This document shows positions 46,737 to 58,469 of a stretch of DNA of 64,000 nucleotides, piece by piece. Within the stretch, counting starts at the first letter, position 1, and the number at the start of each line of letters is the position of its first letter. The notes below the pieces were generated by a model. It saw only the letters and a list, made by a program, of their open reading frames with translations, did not search any database and had not been told where the DNA came from. The stretch is from Nitrospinaceae bacterium (lineage in GTDB: Bacteria; Nitrospinota; Nitrospinia; Nitrospinales; VA-1): positions 59,614 to 123,613 of the forward strand of contig JBHHVU010000002.1 in NCBI GenBank assembly GCA_046754465.1. The letters are read 5' to 3'. The translations under genes and the position numbers were made by a program.

Positions 46737-48691
46737 CGGACCCGCACCCCCTGTTCGAGGTCCTGCCCGAACTCCGCCAAGACAATTTTACCGTTATCGG
46801 TCCCGGCCAGAACCATCCCCTGCGACTCGATCCCCATCAGTTTCGCGGGTTTGAGGTTGGCCACGAGGATGACGGTGCGGCCCGTCAGATCTTCCGGTTC
46901 GTAGCATTCGGCGATACCGGCCACCACCTGCCGGACCTCGCAGCCGATGTCCACCTTCATCCTGATAAGTTTTTTCGACTTTTTGACCTTTTCCGCTTCG
47001 AGGATTTTTCCGGTTCGCAGATCGACCTTCATGAAGTCCTCGATGGAGATCTGTTCCGCTGGGCCGTCCCCCACCGCCTTTCCGGCGGACGCGGCTTTCT
47101 CCGCCCCGCCGGTGACGTTCAAGGCCGACAGAACTTTTTCCGCCTGTTTTTCTTCCATTCTGGGAAAGAGCTGGGGCCCGCGCTGGGTCTGGGTTCCCGG
47201 ACGCAGCCCGCCCCACCGCTCGATCGAGGGCATTCCTTCCTCCTCGATGAGGGGTTCGATACCCAACTGTTTCCAGAGTGATTCGGCGCTGGTGGGCATG
47301 AAGGGGTAAATCAGGATCGCCAGAGTGCGCAACGACTCCGCGGCATTGTACATCACGGTTTTCAGGCGTTCCTTGCCTTCTTCGGTTTTGACGAGGTTCC
47401 AGGGTCCCGTCTTGTCGATATACTGATTGGTGGCGTCCACCAGGGTCCAAATTTCCGTCAGGATTTTATGGTAGGCGAGGCTGCCGTAATATTTCCGGAT
47501 TCGGGCGATGACCTCGGCGGCTTTCCCGGTCAACGCCGAGTCTTCCTTTTCCTCGGGGCCGGGTTGGGGAACCGTCCCCTGAAAATATTTTTTCATCATG
47601 TTGACCGTCCGGTTGAGAAGATTTCCCAGGTTGTTCGCCAGGTCGCTGTTGAGGCGGCCGATCAGCGCCTGGTGGGAAAAATCCCCGTCCAACCCGAACG
47701 GAACCTCCCGCAGGAGAAAATAACGGATGACATCCACGCCGAACTGGTCGATCAGCAGATTGGGTTCCACGACGTTCCGCAGCGATTTGGACATCTTTTG
47801 TCCGTTCACCGTCCACCACCCGTGGGCGAAAATGTTTTGCGGCAGGTCGAGTCCGACGGATTTCAGCATCGTGGACCAATACACCGCGTGGGTGGTGAGG
47901 ATATCCTTTCCCACCAGGTGGTGGTTCGCGGGCCAATATCCACAGGCCTTGATGCGGTCCACCGGACCAAAAATGGAAATGTAATTGATCAGGGCATCGA
48001 ACCAGACATAGGTGACGTATTTTTCGTCGAAGGGGAGGGGGATTCCCCAGGGCATCCGCTCCTTGGGGCGCGAGATGCAAAGGTCCGCCAACGGCTTTTC
48101 CAGAAAACCCAGAACCTCGTTCCTGCGGCTGGCGGGTTGGATGAAGTGTTCGTTTTTTTTGATATGCTCCGCCAGCCAGTCGCGGTATTGGCCCATTTTG
48201 AAGAAATAATTGTGTTCCTGGATCTTTTCCACCTTGCGTCCGCATTCGGGGCAGTTGCCTTCGACGAGGTCCTTCTCGGTCCAGAACCGCTCATCGGGCA
48301 TGCAGTACCAACCCTCGTAACTGTCCAGGTAGATTTCTCCCTTGTCGAAGAGCTGTTGCAGGATGTCCTGGACGATGATCTTGTGGCGTTCCTCGGTGGT
48401 GCGGATGAAGTCGTTGTTGGAAATATTGAGCCGTCCCCAGAGCTCCCGGAACCGGGTGTTGAGCCGGTCAACGTGTTCTTGCGGGTCCACCCCCAGGTCC
48501 TTCGCAGCCTGGTGGACTTTTTGTCCGTGTTCGTCGGTGCCGGTGAGAAAGAACACGTCGTACCCCTCCATCCGTTTGAACCGGGCAACCACATCGGCGG
48601 CGATGGTGGTGTAGGCGTGCCCGATGTGAGGCACGTCGTTGACATAATAGATGGGGGTGGTTACGAAAAACTGTTTACCATTTTTTTTCAT
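46733..48691 (-). CDS. metG: Methionyl-tRNA synthetase
   Basis: HIGH motif (PHIGHAYT) and KMSKS. C-terminal tRNA-binding (EMAP/Trbp111-like) domain. Confidence 0.93.
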   Translation of the reverse strand: MKKNGKQFFVTTPIYYVNDVPHIGHAYTTIAADVVARFKRMEGYDVFFLTGTDEHGQKVHQAAKDLGVDPQEHVDRLNTRFRELWGRLNISNNDFIRTTEERHKIIVQDILQQLFDKGEIYLDSYEGWYCMPDERFWTEKDLVEGNCPECGRKVEKIQEHNYFFKMGQYRDWLAEHIKKNEHFIQPASRRNEVLGFLEKPLADLCISRPKERMPWGIPLPFDEKYVTYVWFDALINYISIFGPVDRIKACGYWPANHHLVGKDILTTHAVYWSTMLKSVGLDLPQNIFAHGWWTVNGQKMSKSLRNVVEPNLLIDQFGVDVIRYFLLREVPFGLDGDFSHQALIGRLNSDLANNLGNLLNRTVNMMKKYFQGTVPQPGPEEKEDSALTGKAAEVIARIRKYYGSLAYHKILTEIWTLVDATNQYIDKTGPWNLVKTEEGKERLKTVMYNAAESLRTLAILIYPFMPTSAESLWKQLGIEPLIEEEGMPSIERWGGLRPGTQTQRGPQLFPRMEEKQAEKVLSALNVTGGAEKAASAGKAVGDGPAEQISIEDFMKVDLRTGKILEAEKVKKSKKLIRMKVDIGCEVRQVVAGIAECYEPEDLTGRTVILVANLKPAKLMGIESQGMVLAGTDNGKIVLAEFGQDLEQGVRVR

Positions 48692-48728
48692 GAGGGCGAA
48701 TTCGCTATTACAGGGTTGGCCAGGGGGG

Positions 48729-49598
48729 TTACCTGGATTTCTTTGCCGGAAGAAATTCCTTCAACTCACTGAGATGGTAGGTCATTATACTTTCATCTTC
48801 CAGGCGGACAAGAATCTTTTGATCCAGGATTTCGTTTTTGATGACCTTGCCGTGGCCGTCGGGGGTATTGAGACGGCTGCCCACCTTGGGAAGATCCTTG
48901 ATCAGTTCCTTATATATTCCGTGTTCGTATTGCAGGCAGCACATCAGCCGGCCGCAGACCCCGGAAATTTTGCTGGGGTTGAGGGCCAGCCCCTGGTCCT
49001 TGGCCATGCGGATGGTTACGGGGGAAAAATCCTTGAGAAAGGTGGAACAGCATAAGGATTCGCCGCACATGCCCTTGCCCCCGATCACCCGGGCCTCGTC
49101 CCGAACGCCGACCTGTTTCAGTTCGATTCTATGCCGCAGGTTGGAAGCCAGTTCCTTGATCAGTTGACGAAAATCGACCCGTCCCTCGGCCGTGAAGAAG
49201 AAGATGGTCTTGTTGGCGGACGGGAGGTGAACGACCCGGCTCAGGTTCATGGGCAAATCCAGTTCCTCGATTTTCGCGGCGCAAATTTTTCTGGCTCTTT
49301 GTTCCGTTTTTTCACGCCGGGTTTCGGCCTGGAAATCGTTTTCATTGGCGATACGAAGGACTTTTTGGAGGGTCCGGGAATTGTCCTTTTGAAAATTGAG
49401 GATTTTGTTCGAGGCCACCACTCCAAGGTCGGTCCCCTTGGCCGACTCGACGACCACGGTGGCTCCCACACGCAGTTTGAGGGACCCCGGATCAAAAAGT
49501 TCCGATTTTCCACGGTCCCGGACGCGGATGCCGATCACGAAAGGGGGCGGCGCCCTGCGGGTGGACACGGGAGAATTTTCCTTGGGCAGAACATTCAT
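48729..49598 (-). CDS. PSP1 C-terminal domain protein (RicT/YaaT-like)
   Basis: GMCGESLCCSTFL ... CGRLMCCLQYE cysteine motifs of the PSP1 family. Confidence 0.8.
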   Translation of the reverse strand: MNVLPKENSPVSTRRAPPPFVIGIRVRDRGKSELFDPGSLKLRVGATVVVESAKGTDLGVVASNKILNFQKDNSRTLQKVLRIANENDFQAETRREKTEQRARKICAAKIEELDLPMNLSRVVHLPSANKTIFFFTAEGRVDFRQLIKELASNLRHRIELKQVGVRDEARVIGGKGMCGESLCCSTFLKDFSPVTIRMAKDQGLALNPSKISGVCGRLMCCLQYEHGIYKELIKDLPKVGSRLNTPDGHGKVIKNEILDQKILVRLEDESIMTYHLSELKEFLPAKKSR

Positions 49599-49613
49599 GC
49601 CGGTTTCCAGAGA

Positions 49614-50633
49614 TTAAGTGGCTTCGCAAAATTGCATGAGCATGTTTTCAAGCGAAAGCTGGGTGTTCGCGTTGGCCGTCAGCGCCGACCTGGTTCGACA
49701 CACGGAATCAAACATTCGTATCAGCCCCGGAAGGCTTTTTTGAGCGGCCAGTGGTATTAAATGTTCCATGAGGTCGCGGTTGTATATTTCAGCAGACCCA
49801 GGACCGGTTTTCAGGACCGCCAGGTCGCGCAACAGGTTCAACAATTCTTCCAGCGTCATCTGGACCTCCCCGGGTTGTTTGGCCTGCGTCCGCGCCCATT
49901 GGAAAACCACGTCCATCCGGTCAAACGACAGCCGGCCCAGCAATTCCAGTAACTCAATGCGCTGTTCCCCGGATTTCAGCACGTCTTCTTCCAGGGCGCG
50001 GCCGGCCCGGCCCAGGGACCTCAGGGCTCGCAGTTCCATCTCCTCCGGACCGGGGTTTTCCCCCGCTTCGCGCATCTTTTCCTCCACAATCGTTTGGACC
50101 ACCGGCGACGGCAGCGCATGAAACCGGATTCCCTGGCAGCGGGAGACGATCGTGGGGAGCAACTGATAGGGGTTGGCAGCAATTAGAATCAGTACGGTGG
50201 AGGACGGCGGTTCCTCTAGCGTTTTTAAAAAAGTGTTGGCGGCCTGGAGATTCATCGTTTCCGCGGAATCAATGATGGCCACCTTAGTCTCTCCTTCGTA
50301 AGGAAGATAGCTCAGTTTCCTTTGCAATTCACGGATGCTGTCGATCCGGATGACCACCTCCCGCGCCGAGGGGGTGCTTTTCGCGGGTTCCAGGAGAAAG
50401 AAATCCGGGTGAATCCGCTGGGAGATTTTCCGGCAGGATGAACAGGTTCCGCAATTGTCGGCCGGTCCGGAGCCCTTGCAATTGAGAGCTTTGGCAAACT
50501 CGATGGCGGTGAGTTTTTTACCTGTGCTCTCCGGACCGTAAAACAGATAGGCGTGCGAAACACTGTTGTTTTGGAGAGCTTTTTTGAGGATTTGCTTGGG
50601 CTGATCCTGCCCAAGAACGCGGCTGAATGACAT
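49614..50633 (-). CDS. holB: DNA polymerase III delta-prime subunit
   Basis: HAYLFYGPESTGKKLTAIEFAKALNC...C..C..C zinc module. Start trimmed to MSFSRV. Confidence 0.85.
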   Translation of the reverse strand: MSFSRVLGQDQPKQILKKALQNNSVSHAYLFYGPESTGKKLTAIEFAKALNCKGSGPADNCGTCSSCRKISQRIHPDFFLLEPAKSTPSAREVVIRIDSIRELQRKLSYLPYEGETKVAIIDSAETMNLQAANTFLKTLEEPPSSTVLILIAANPYQLLPTIVSRCQGIRFHALPSPVVQTIVEEKMREAGENPGPEEMELRALRSLGRAGRALEEDVLKSGEQRIELLELLGRLSFDRMDVVFQWARTQAKQPGEVQMTLEELLNLLRDLAVLKTGPGSAEIYNRDLMEHLIPLAAQKSLPGLIRMFDSVCRTRSALTANANTQLSLENMLMQFCEAT

Positions 50634-51073
50634 TTTGTCTATTAGGATCCATCTCTTCCCCGAAGTCCGGGATAAGAGACGGCAATTTTTCAAGGTTGAT
50701 AATCATATTAAAATCAAAGATTCGAACTTCCTCAATTTTTGCGGAGGAGGATCTCACCTCCCCCAATCCAAAACTGACTAAGATTATTGAACTTACCCAA
50801 AAATCGGGCAACCGAGTTTATCTTATTACAGCCGAGGGGTCCTGTAAATGAAAATCCGGGTCCTGGCCGTAGCGGGCGGCCTCCCGGAGAAGGATTCTTT
50901 TTTACTCTTTTTATTGCCCCGGGCGGAATGGACCGGAAGATCCTGCAGGGGGATGAGGGTTAATATTGCAAATTCAGCCGGATTTTGGTATTAATCCCTC
51001 TGGGTTTTGTTAGAATGTTGAGTTAAGTGTTTTTCCCTTGTAAATATAGCCCTCGAACAGGATTAAAAATCCC

Positions 51074-51400
51074 ATGGCAGTTAAGGAAAAAGCGAAACGA
51101 ACCGTCCAGAGAAAGCGAAAACCAAAGATACTGGCGGTGATTAACGATGCCTGCACCGGTTGCAGCGGTTCGCCGATTTGCATTACCGAGTGCCCCGTGG
51201 ATAATTGCATGTACGAGGTGGAAAATCCCGATGCCCCAATTTTCAACCGCGTATACGTTGATCCGCTTTTGTGCATTGGTTGTAAAAAATGCATCTCCAA
51301 GGGTCCCATGGACACCTATCTGGAGGGATGTCCCTGGGATGCCATCGATATGATCCCTCTGGACCAATACGAGGAGGAGTACGGAGTCCTGCCTTACTGA
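51074..51400 (+). CDS. 2x[4Fe-4S] ferredoxin
   Basis: CTGCSGSPICITECP and CIGCKKCISKGPMDTYLEGCP clusters. Confidence 0.8.
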   Translation: MAVKEKAKRTVQRKRKPKILAVINDACTGCSGSPICITECPVDNCMYEVENPDAPIFNRVYVDPLLCIGCKKCISKGPMDTYLEGCPWDAIDMIPLDQYEEEYGVLPY

Positions 51401-51608
51401 GGGTTTCCTCTCAGCCCAAATTCATGTCGTCGGACCCATTCCCTGTTTCCGATTTGGGCTACGCGCTCAGGTTCCACAACAGCAGGTTTTAATTTCTATT
51501 TTCGGTTGAAAGTGAGGTTCCGCATGAAGTGCAGGAGGGGACCCCTTTGGCCGCGTCTCTTTCAAATCCAAAAAATATCCCAAAATCGGCTTAATTTTTC
51601 AAACTATT

Positions 51609-51638
51609 TTTGGACAAACGCGAACGAATTTTGTAAGA
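51609..51638 (+). promoter_or_regulatory. Putative sigma-70 promoter of the atp operon
   Basis: TTGGAC, an 18-nt spacer, then TAAGAT, about 45 nt upstream of the atpI-like start. Weak call. Confidence 0.3.
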
Positions 51639-51684
51639 TGTAATCCCCATTTTCCAGTAGGTTGTACCCCCCCATAATCAAATA

Positions 51685-51948
51685 ATGAGCAAAAGCAACG
51701 GCTTTCGTCAGGGTATGGGCATCGCATTCCGGTTGGGGACCGAGATGACCGTGGCCACATTGATCGGTGCGCTCATGGGTTACGCAGTGGACTATTATTT
51801 TGAGACGAAACCCTGGGGCGTGGCGATCGGGGTTCTCTTGGGGGGAGCGGCCGGGATGCTGAACGTGTACCGGGCGGCGCAGGAAATCACCGCCCCCGAA
51901 AACGAAAAAAACGATAAAAATCCAAAAGACAAGGACAACTCAATTTAA
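51685..51948 (+). CDS. AtpZ/AtpI-family small membrane protein
   Basis: 87 aa with two TM helices, first gene of the atp operon. Sequence pattern of the putative F0F1-ATPase subunit family. Confidence 0.6.
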   Translation: MSKSNGFRQGMGIAFRLGTEMTVATLIGALMGYAVDYYFETKPWGVAIGVLLGGAAGMLNVYRAAQEITAPENEKNDKNPKDKDNSI

Positions 51949-51954
51949 CCCATT

Positions 51955-52686
51955 ATGGAAAGTCCATTACATCATTTCGAGCTTCATCCTATCATTCCGA
52001 TCCACATCATGGGGCTGGACCTTTCCCTCAATAAGGCCGTGTTCGTCATGTGGATTGGGATGGCGGTGGTATTCGGATTGTTTATGCTGGCGGTCAAAAG
52101 CGGGTTCCGCACCATTCCGGGGAAACTTCAAAGCGTCCTTGAAATGGCCGTGGAATTTGTTCAGGGGATGGTTCAGGAGTACATCGGCAAGGAGGAGGGG
52201 AAAAAATATTTTTCCTTCGCGGCGTCCTTATTCCTGTTCATCCTGGCCTGCAACCTGATGGGGATGATCCCTGGTTCCTACACCATCACCAGTCAGCTGG
52301 TGGTGACCGGGGCCTTTGCCATCGCGATATTTATTATGACCTTGATCATCGGATTCCTCAAGCACGGCATGCATTTTTTTACGATCCTCGTGCCGCCGGG
52401 AGTTCCCAAGGTCATGATACCGTTCATGATTCCCATCGAGATGATCAGTTTGCTGGCCCGGCCGCTGTCCCTTTCGGTGCGGTTATTCGCCAACATGACC
52501 GCTGGCCATACGGTTCTTGCGGTTTTGTTCGGGCTGGCCATGTCGGCGTCGTTATGGGTCGGGTGGATGCCTTTCGGGTTTACGGTGGTCATCAACGGAT
52601 TGGAGATCGCGATCGCTTTTATTCAGGCCTATATATTCACGACCCTGACCTGTGTTTATATTGGTGATGTCATCAATTTACATTAA
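51955..52686 (+). CDS. atpB: ATP synthase F0 subunit a
   Basis: Conserved LSLSVRLFANMTAGH (essential Arg). Confidence 0.9.
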   Translation: MESPLHHFELHPIIPIHIMGLDLSLNKAVFVMWIGMAVVFGLFMLAVKSGFRTIPGKLQSVLEMAVEFVQGMVQEYIGKEEGKKYFSFAASLFLFILACNLMGMIPGSYTITSQLVVTGAFAIAIFIMTLIIGFLKHGMHFFTILVPPGVPKVMIPFMIPIEMISLLARPLSLSVRLFANMTAGHTVLAVLFGLAMSASLWVGWMPFGFTVVINGLEIAIAFIQAYIFTTLTCVYIGDVINLH

Positions 52687-52717
52687 TTTTTTTGTCACGA
52701 AAAAGAGGAGATCGAGT

Positions 52718-52939
52718 ATGGCTTCAGAAGCAGCAGCATTGATTGGCATGGGATTGTGCGCGGCGGGGTTTTTTGGGGCTGCTCTGGGAATCGCCTACAT
52801 TTTCGCCAAGACGATTGAGACGGTAGGCCGGCAGCCCAACGCAGAGGCCCGGGTCGCCAAATATTGCTGGATTGGCTTCGCGCTGGTCGAGGCAATCGCC
52901 CTTTACGCCCTGGTGATCGCATTCATCATTATGCCTTAG
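52718..52939 (+). CDS. atpE: ATP synthase F0 subunit c
   Basis: GLCAAGFFGAALGIAYIF ... RQPNAEA ... hairpin with the conserved carboxylate (ALVEAIALY). Start trimmed to ATG 52718 with RBS AAGAGGAG. Confidence 0.9.
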   Translation: MASEAAALIGMGLCAAGFFGAALGIAYIFAKTIETVGRQPNAEARVAKYCWIGFALVEAIALYALVIAFIIMP

Positions 52940-53024
52940 GCGAGGCGGGATTCCATTTCGTAGTTGTGCCCCCGCGGGCGGGGCGCCGACGGAGTAAATA
53001 TTATTCATTGAGGAAGAGTTTACG

Positions 53025-53546
53025 ATGCCACAATTCGAGCAAGTAGAAGTTTTCAGCTCCCTCATATTCTGGTCGTTGCTGTCTTTTATATTTCTGTTTT
53101 TTCTTCTCAAGCGGTATGCCTTTCCCCCCATCCTGGAAGCCTTGGAAAACCGCGAAAAGAAAATACGCGGGGATATTGAGGACGCGGAAAAGTTGAAACA
53201 GGAGGCGGAAAAGATCAAGGCGGATCTGCGGAAGGCTCTTGAATCCGCCCACGAGCGGGCCACCACCATTGTCCAGATGGCCAACGGGGAAGCTAAAAAA
53301 ATCCAGGAAAAAACCCTGGAGGAAACCCAGGCCAAGGTCCGGCAGTTGCAAAATGACGCGGAACGGGAAATCGAAACGTCCCGGCACAAACTCGTCAGCG
53401 AAATTCGGAGCTATACCGCCGTCTTGACCATCGCCTCCACCGAAAAGTTTTTAAAAAAAGTTCTGGATGATACCGAAAAGAAGAGAATCGCGGAGGAATC
53501 CATTCAGGAAGTGATCCAGGAAATGTCTCAAAAACTGGAAAGATGA
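53025..53546 (+). CDS. atpF: ATP synthase F0 subunit b
   Basis: N-terminal TM followed by a long charged helix. Position in operon. Confidence 0.8.
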   Translation: MPQFEQVEVFSSLIFWSLLSFIFLFFLLKRYAFPPILEALENREKKIRGDIEDAEKLKQEAEKIKADLRKALESAHERATTIVQMANGEAKKIQEKTLEETQAKVRQLQNDAEREIETSRHKLVSEIRSYTAVLTIASTEKFLKKVLDDTEKKRIAEESIQEVIQEMSQKLER

Positions 53547-53590
53547 ACCCGGTTCCGACCGGTCTCCGGGTCCGGAGTTAGAGAGAAAAC

Positions 53591-54139
53591 ATGATTGAAA
53601 ACCTGATAGGCAAACGATACGCGGAAGCCCTTTCGGGCAGTATCGGGGATGCGGCCCAGTCCAACACCGTCCTCGGCAACTTGAAAGCGTTGCAGGGGGC
53701 TTTTGAAACACAGGACCGATTGGGCCGGTTTTTCGCGCACCCGGGGATTCCGCCGGAAAAGAAAAATGCCCTGATCGAAGAACTGTGTGGCCATCTCCAG
53801 GTGGAAGATGTGGTTCGTAAGCTGATGTTGCTGTTGTCAGAAAGAAAAAAAATACTCTTCCTCAAAAATATCGTGGAATATTTTGAAAAGGTGGTGGATT
53901 CCCGGTTGAACCAGATCCGCGTCTCCGTGTTTTCCGCCAGCCCGTTGGCTCCGGAGGACATAGGCCGATTGAAATCATCCCTGGGGGACATTTGGGGCAA
54001 AACCGTGTTGATTGAGAGCAGCGTGGATGAATCGCTGATAGGGGGAATTCAACTGAGGGTCGGCGACCAGGTCGCGGACGCGACCATCAAGAACCAGCTG
54101 ACGCTTTTGAAACAAACGATAGAAGAGGAGGTGACATAA
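53591..54139 (+). CDS. atpH: ATP synthase F1 delta subunit
   Basis: OSCP-like 182-aa protein between atpF and atpA. Confidence 0.8.
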   Translation: MIENLIGKRYAEALSGSIGDAAQSNTVLGNLKALQGAFETQDRLGRFFAHPGIPPEKKNALIEELCGHLQVEDVVRKLMLLLSERKKILFLKNIVEYFEKVVDSRLNQIRVSVFSASPLAPEDIGRLKSSLGDIWGKTVLIESSVDESLIGGIQLRVGDQVADATIKNQLTLLKQTIEEEVT

Positions 54140-55642
54140 GTGAATTTGCGTGCCGATGAAATCAGTTCCCTGATCGAAAAGCAGATCGAGGGTTTTGAAG
54201 AAGGGGTCGAACTCAAGGAAACGGGTCGCGTGATATCCGTGGGAGACGGCATCGCCCGGATTTATGGCCTGGAAAAGGCCATGTCGGGGGAACTCCTGGA
54301 ATTTCCCGGCGGCTTGGTGGGAATGGTGTTGAACCTTGAGGAGGATAATGTTGGCGCCATCCTTCTCGGATTCGACGATAAAATCAAGGAAGGGGATGAG
54401 GTCAAGCGCACCGGACGCATCATGGAAATTCCGGTCGGCCCGTCGCTGGTGGGCCGGGTGGTCGATGCCCTGGGTCATCCCATCGACGGAAGGGGGCCGG
54501 TGAAAACGGAGGAGTTCGGACCCATCGAACGGCTCGCGCCGGGAGTGATTGACCGCAAATCTGTCCACGAACCCCTGCAGACCGGCATCAAGGCCATCGA
54601 CGGCATGATCCCCATCGGGCGCGGACAGAGGGAATTGATCATCGGGGACCGGCAAACTGGGAAAACCGCGGTCGCCATCGACACCATCATCAATCAAAAA
54701 GGCCAGAATGTTTTCTGCATTTATGTCGCCGTGGGGCAAAAGCGGTCGACCGTCGCCCGGGTGGTGAAGATCCTGGCAGAGCACGACGCGATGAAATACA
54801 CGACCGTGGTTTCCGCGTCCGCCAGCGAACCCGCACCCATGCAGTTCATCGCTCCCTACGCAGGATGCGCGATGGGCGAGTATTTCCGCGACCGGGGGCA
54901 GCATTGCCTGATCATTTATGACGACCTCTCCAAACAGGCGGCGGCCTACCGCCAGTTATCCCTTCTTTTACGCCGCCCGCCGGGCCGCGAGGCTTATCCG
55001 GGAGACGTTTTCTTTCTGCATTCCCGGCTTCTCGAGCGGGCGTCGAAATTGAACGATGAGTTGGGCGCGGGATCCCTCACCGCCCTGCCCATCATCGAAA
55101 CGCAGGCCGGGGACGTCTCCGCCTATATCCCCACCAACGTGATTTCCATTACCGACGGTCAGATCTATCTGGAGACCGACCTGTTTTACTCCGGCGTCCG
55201 CCCAGCGATCAACGTGGGGCTTTCCGTATCCCGCGTCGGCGGCGCGGCGCAGATCAAGGCGATGAAACAGGTGGCGGGGCAGTTGCGCCTCGATCTCGCC
55301 CAATACCGGGAAATGGCTGCCTTCGCCCAGTTCGGCAGCGACCTCGACGCCGCGACCCAGGCCCAGTTGGCACGGGGCGCCCGGCTCGTGGAAGTCCTGA
55401 AACAGGATCAGTACAAACCCCTGTCCGCCGCCAATCAGATCATCTCCATTTTTTCAGGGGTCCGGGGATTGCTCGACGACATCGAGGTGTCCGACATCAA
55501 AAGGTTCGAGGCCGGGTTGCTGAACTTTATCGAGGAGAAGCATCCGGACATCATCGAAACCATCGAAAAAGAAAAGAAGCTGAGCGACGAGACCGAGAAT
55601 AAACTCAAGGCGGCCATCCAGGAATTCAAGGAGCTGTTTTAA
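54140..55642 (+). CDS. atpA: ATP synthase F1 alpha subunit
   Basis: Walker [13 protein letters not shown] start. Confidence 0.95.
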   Translation: MNLRADEISSLIEKQIEGFEEGVELKETGRVISVGDGIARIYGLEKAMSGELLEFPGGLVGMVLNLEEDNVGAILLGFDDKIKEGDEVKRTGRIMEIPVGPSLVGRVVDALGHPIDGRGPVKTEEFGPIERLAPGVIDRKSVHEPLQTGIKAIDGMIPIGRGQRELIIGDRQTGKTAVAIDTIINQKGQNVFCIYVAVGQKRSTVARVVKILAEHDAMKYTTVVSASASEPAPMQFIAPYAGCAMGEYFRDRGQHCLIIYDDLSKQAAAYRQLSLLLRRPPGREAYPGDVFFLHSRLLERASKLNDELGAGSLTALPIIETQAGDVSAYIPTNVISITDGQIYLETDLFYSGVRPAINVGLSVSRVGGAAQIKAMKQVAGQLRLDLAQYREMAAFAQFGSDLDAATQAQLARGARLVEVLKQDQYKPLSAANQIISIFSGVRGLLDDIEVSDIKRFEAGLLNFIEEKHPDIIETIEKEKKLSDETENKLKAAIQEFKELF

Positions 55643-55651
55643 GGGGAATCC

Positions 55652-57977
<2,326 letters not shown>

Positions 57978-57980
57978 ATC

Positions 57981-58388
57981 ATGGCGAAAAATTTGTTGCG
58001 ATTGAGCGTGGTCACTCCCGAAAAACTGGTGGTCGACGACGAGGTGGACCAGGTGAATGTTCCCGGCTCCGAAGGGGACCTCGGGATCCTGTACGACCAT
58101 GCGCCCATTTTGACGAACCTTCGCCCGGGCCAGTTGTCCTATGAAAAAGAGGGCCAGGCCACTTATATGGTGGTGACCGGGGGGTATCTGGAAGTGACGG
58201 ACAACCGGGTGACGGTGCTGGCGGAAACCGCGGAGTTCCTTCATGAAGTCGATCGCAAACGGGCGGCAGAGGCGAAAGCCAAAGCGGAGACCCTGCTCAG
58301 CCGGCCCGACCTCACCGACCAGGAATTCCAGGAAGCCCAAAAGAAACTCTTCCGCGCGGTGGCGCGCCTGGAAAACACCTCGGACTAA
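57981..58388 (+). CDS. atpC: ATP synthase F1 epsilon subunit
   Basis: 135 aa. LSVVTPEK ... beta-sandwich plus C-terminal helices. Confidence 0.88.
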   Translation: MAKNLLRLSVVTPEKLVVDDEVDQVNVPGSEGDLGILYDHAPILTNLRPGQLSYEKEGQATYMVVTGGYLEVTDNRVTVLAETAEFLHEVDRKRAAEAKAKAETLLSRPDLTDQEFQEAQKKLFRAVARLENTSD

Positions 58389-58469
58389 TCAGCTCTCTAC
58401 CTCGGGCCATTTCACACCCGTTCCACCGGGTTTCCCAGCCATCCCCCGGTCAGGATTCTCCCGCGATCC

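Noticed and set aside
50650-50670. GAAGTCCGGG string reminiscent of the RNase P RNA P4 region inside a 440-bp non-coding gap
   Set aside because: It lacks the GGGCUCC continuation and the ACAGAAxCCGGCUUA partner. The region is AT-rich and cannot form the GC-rich P1-P4 core.
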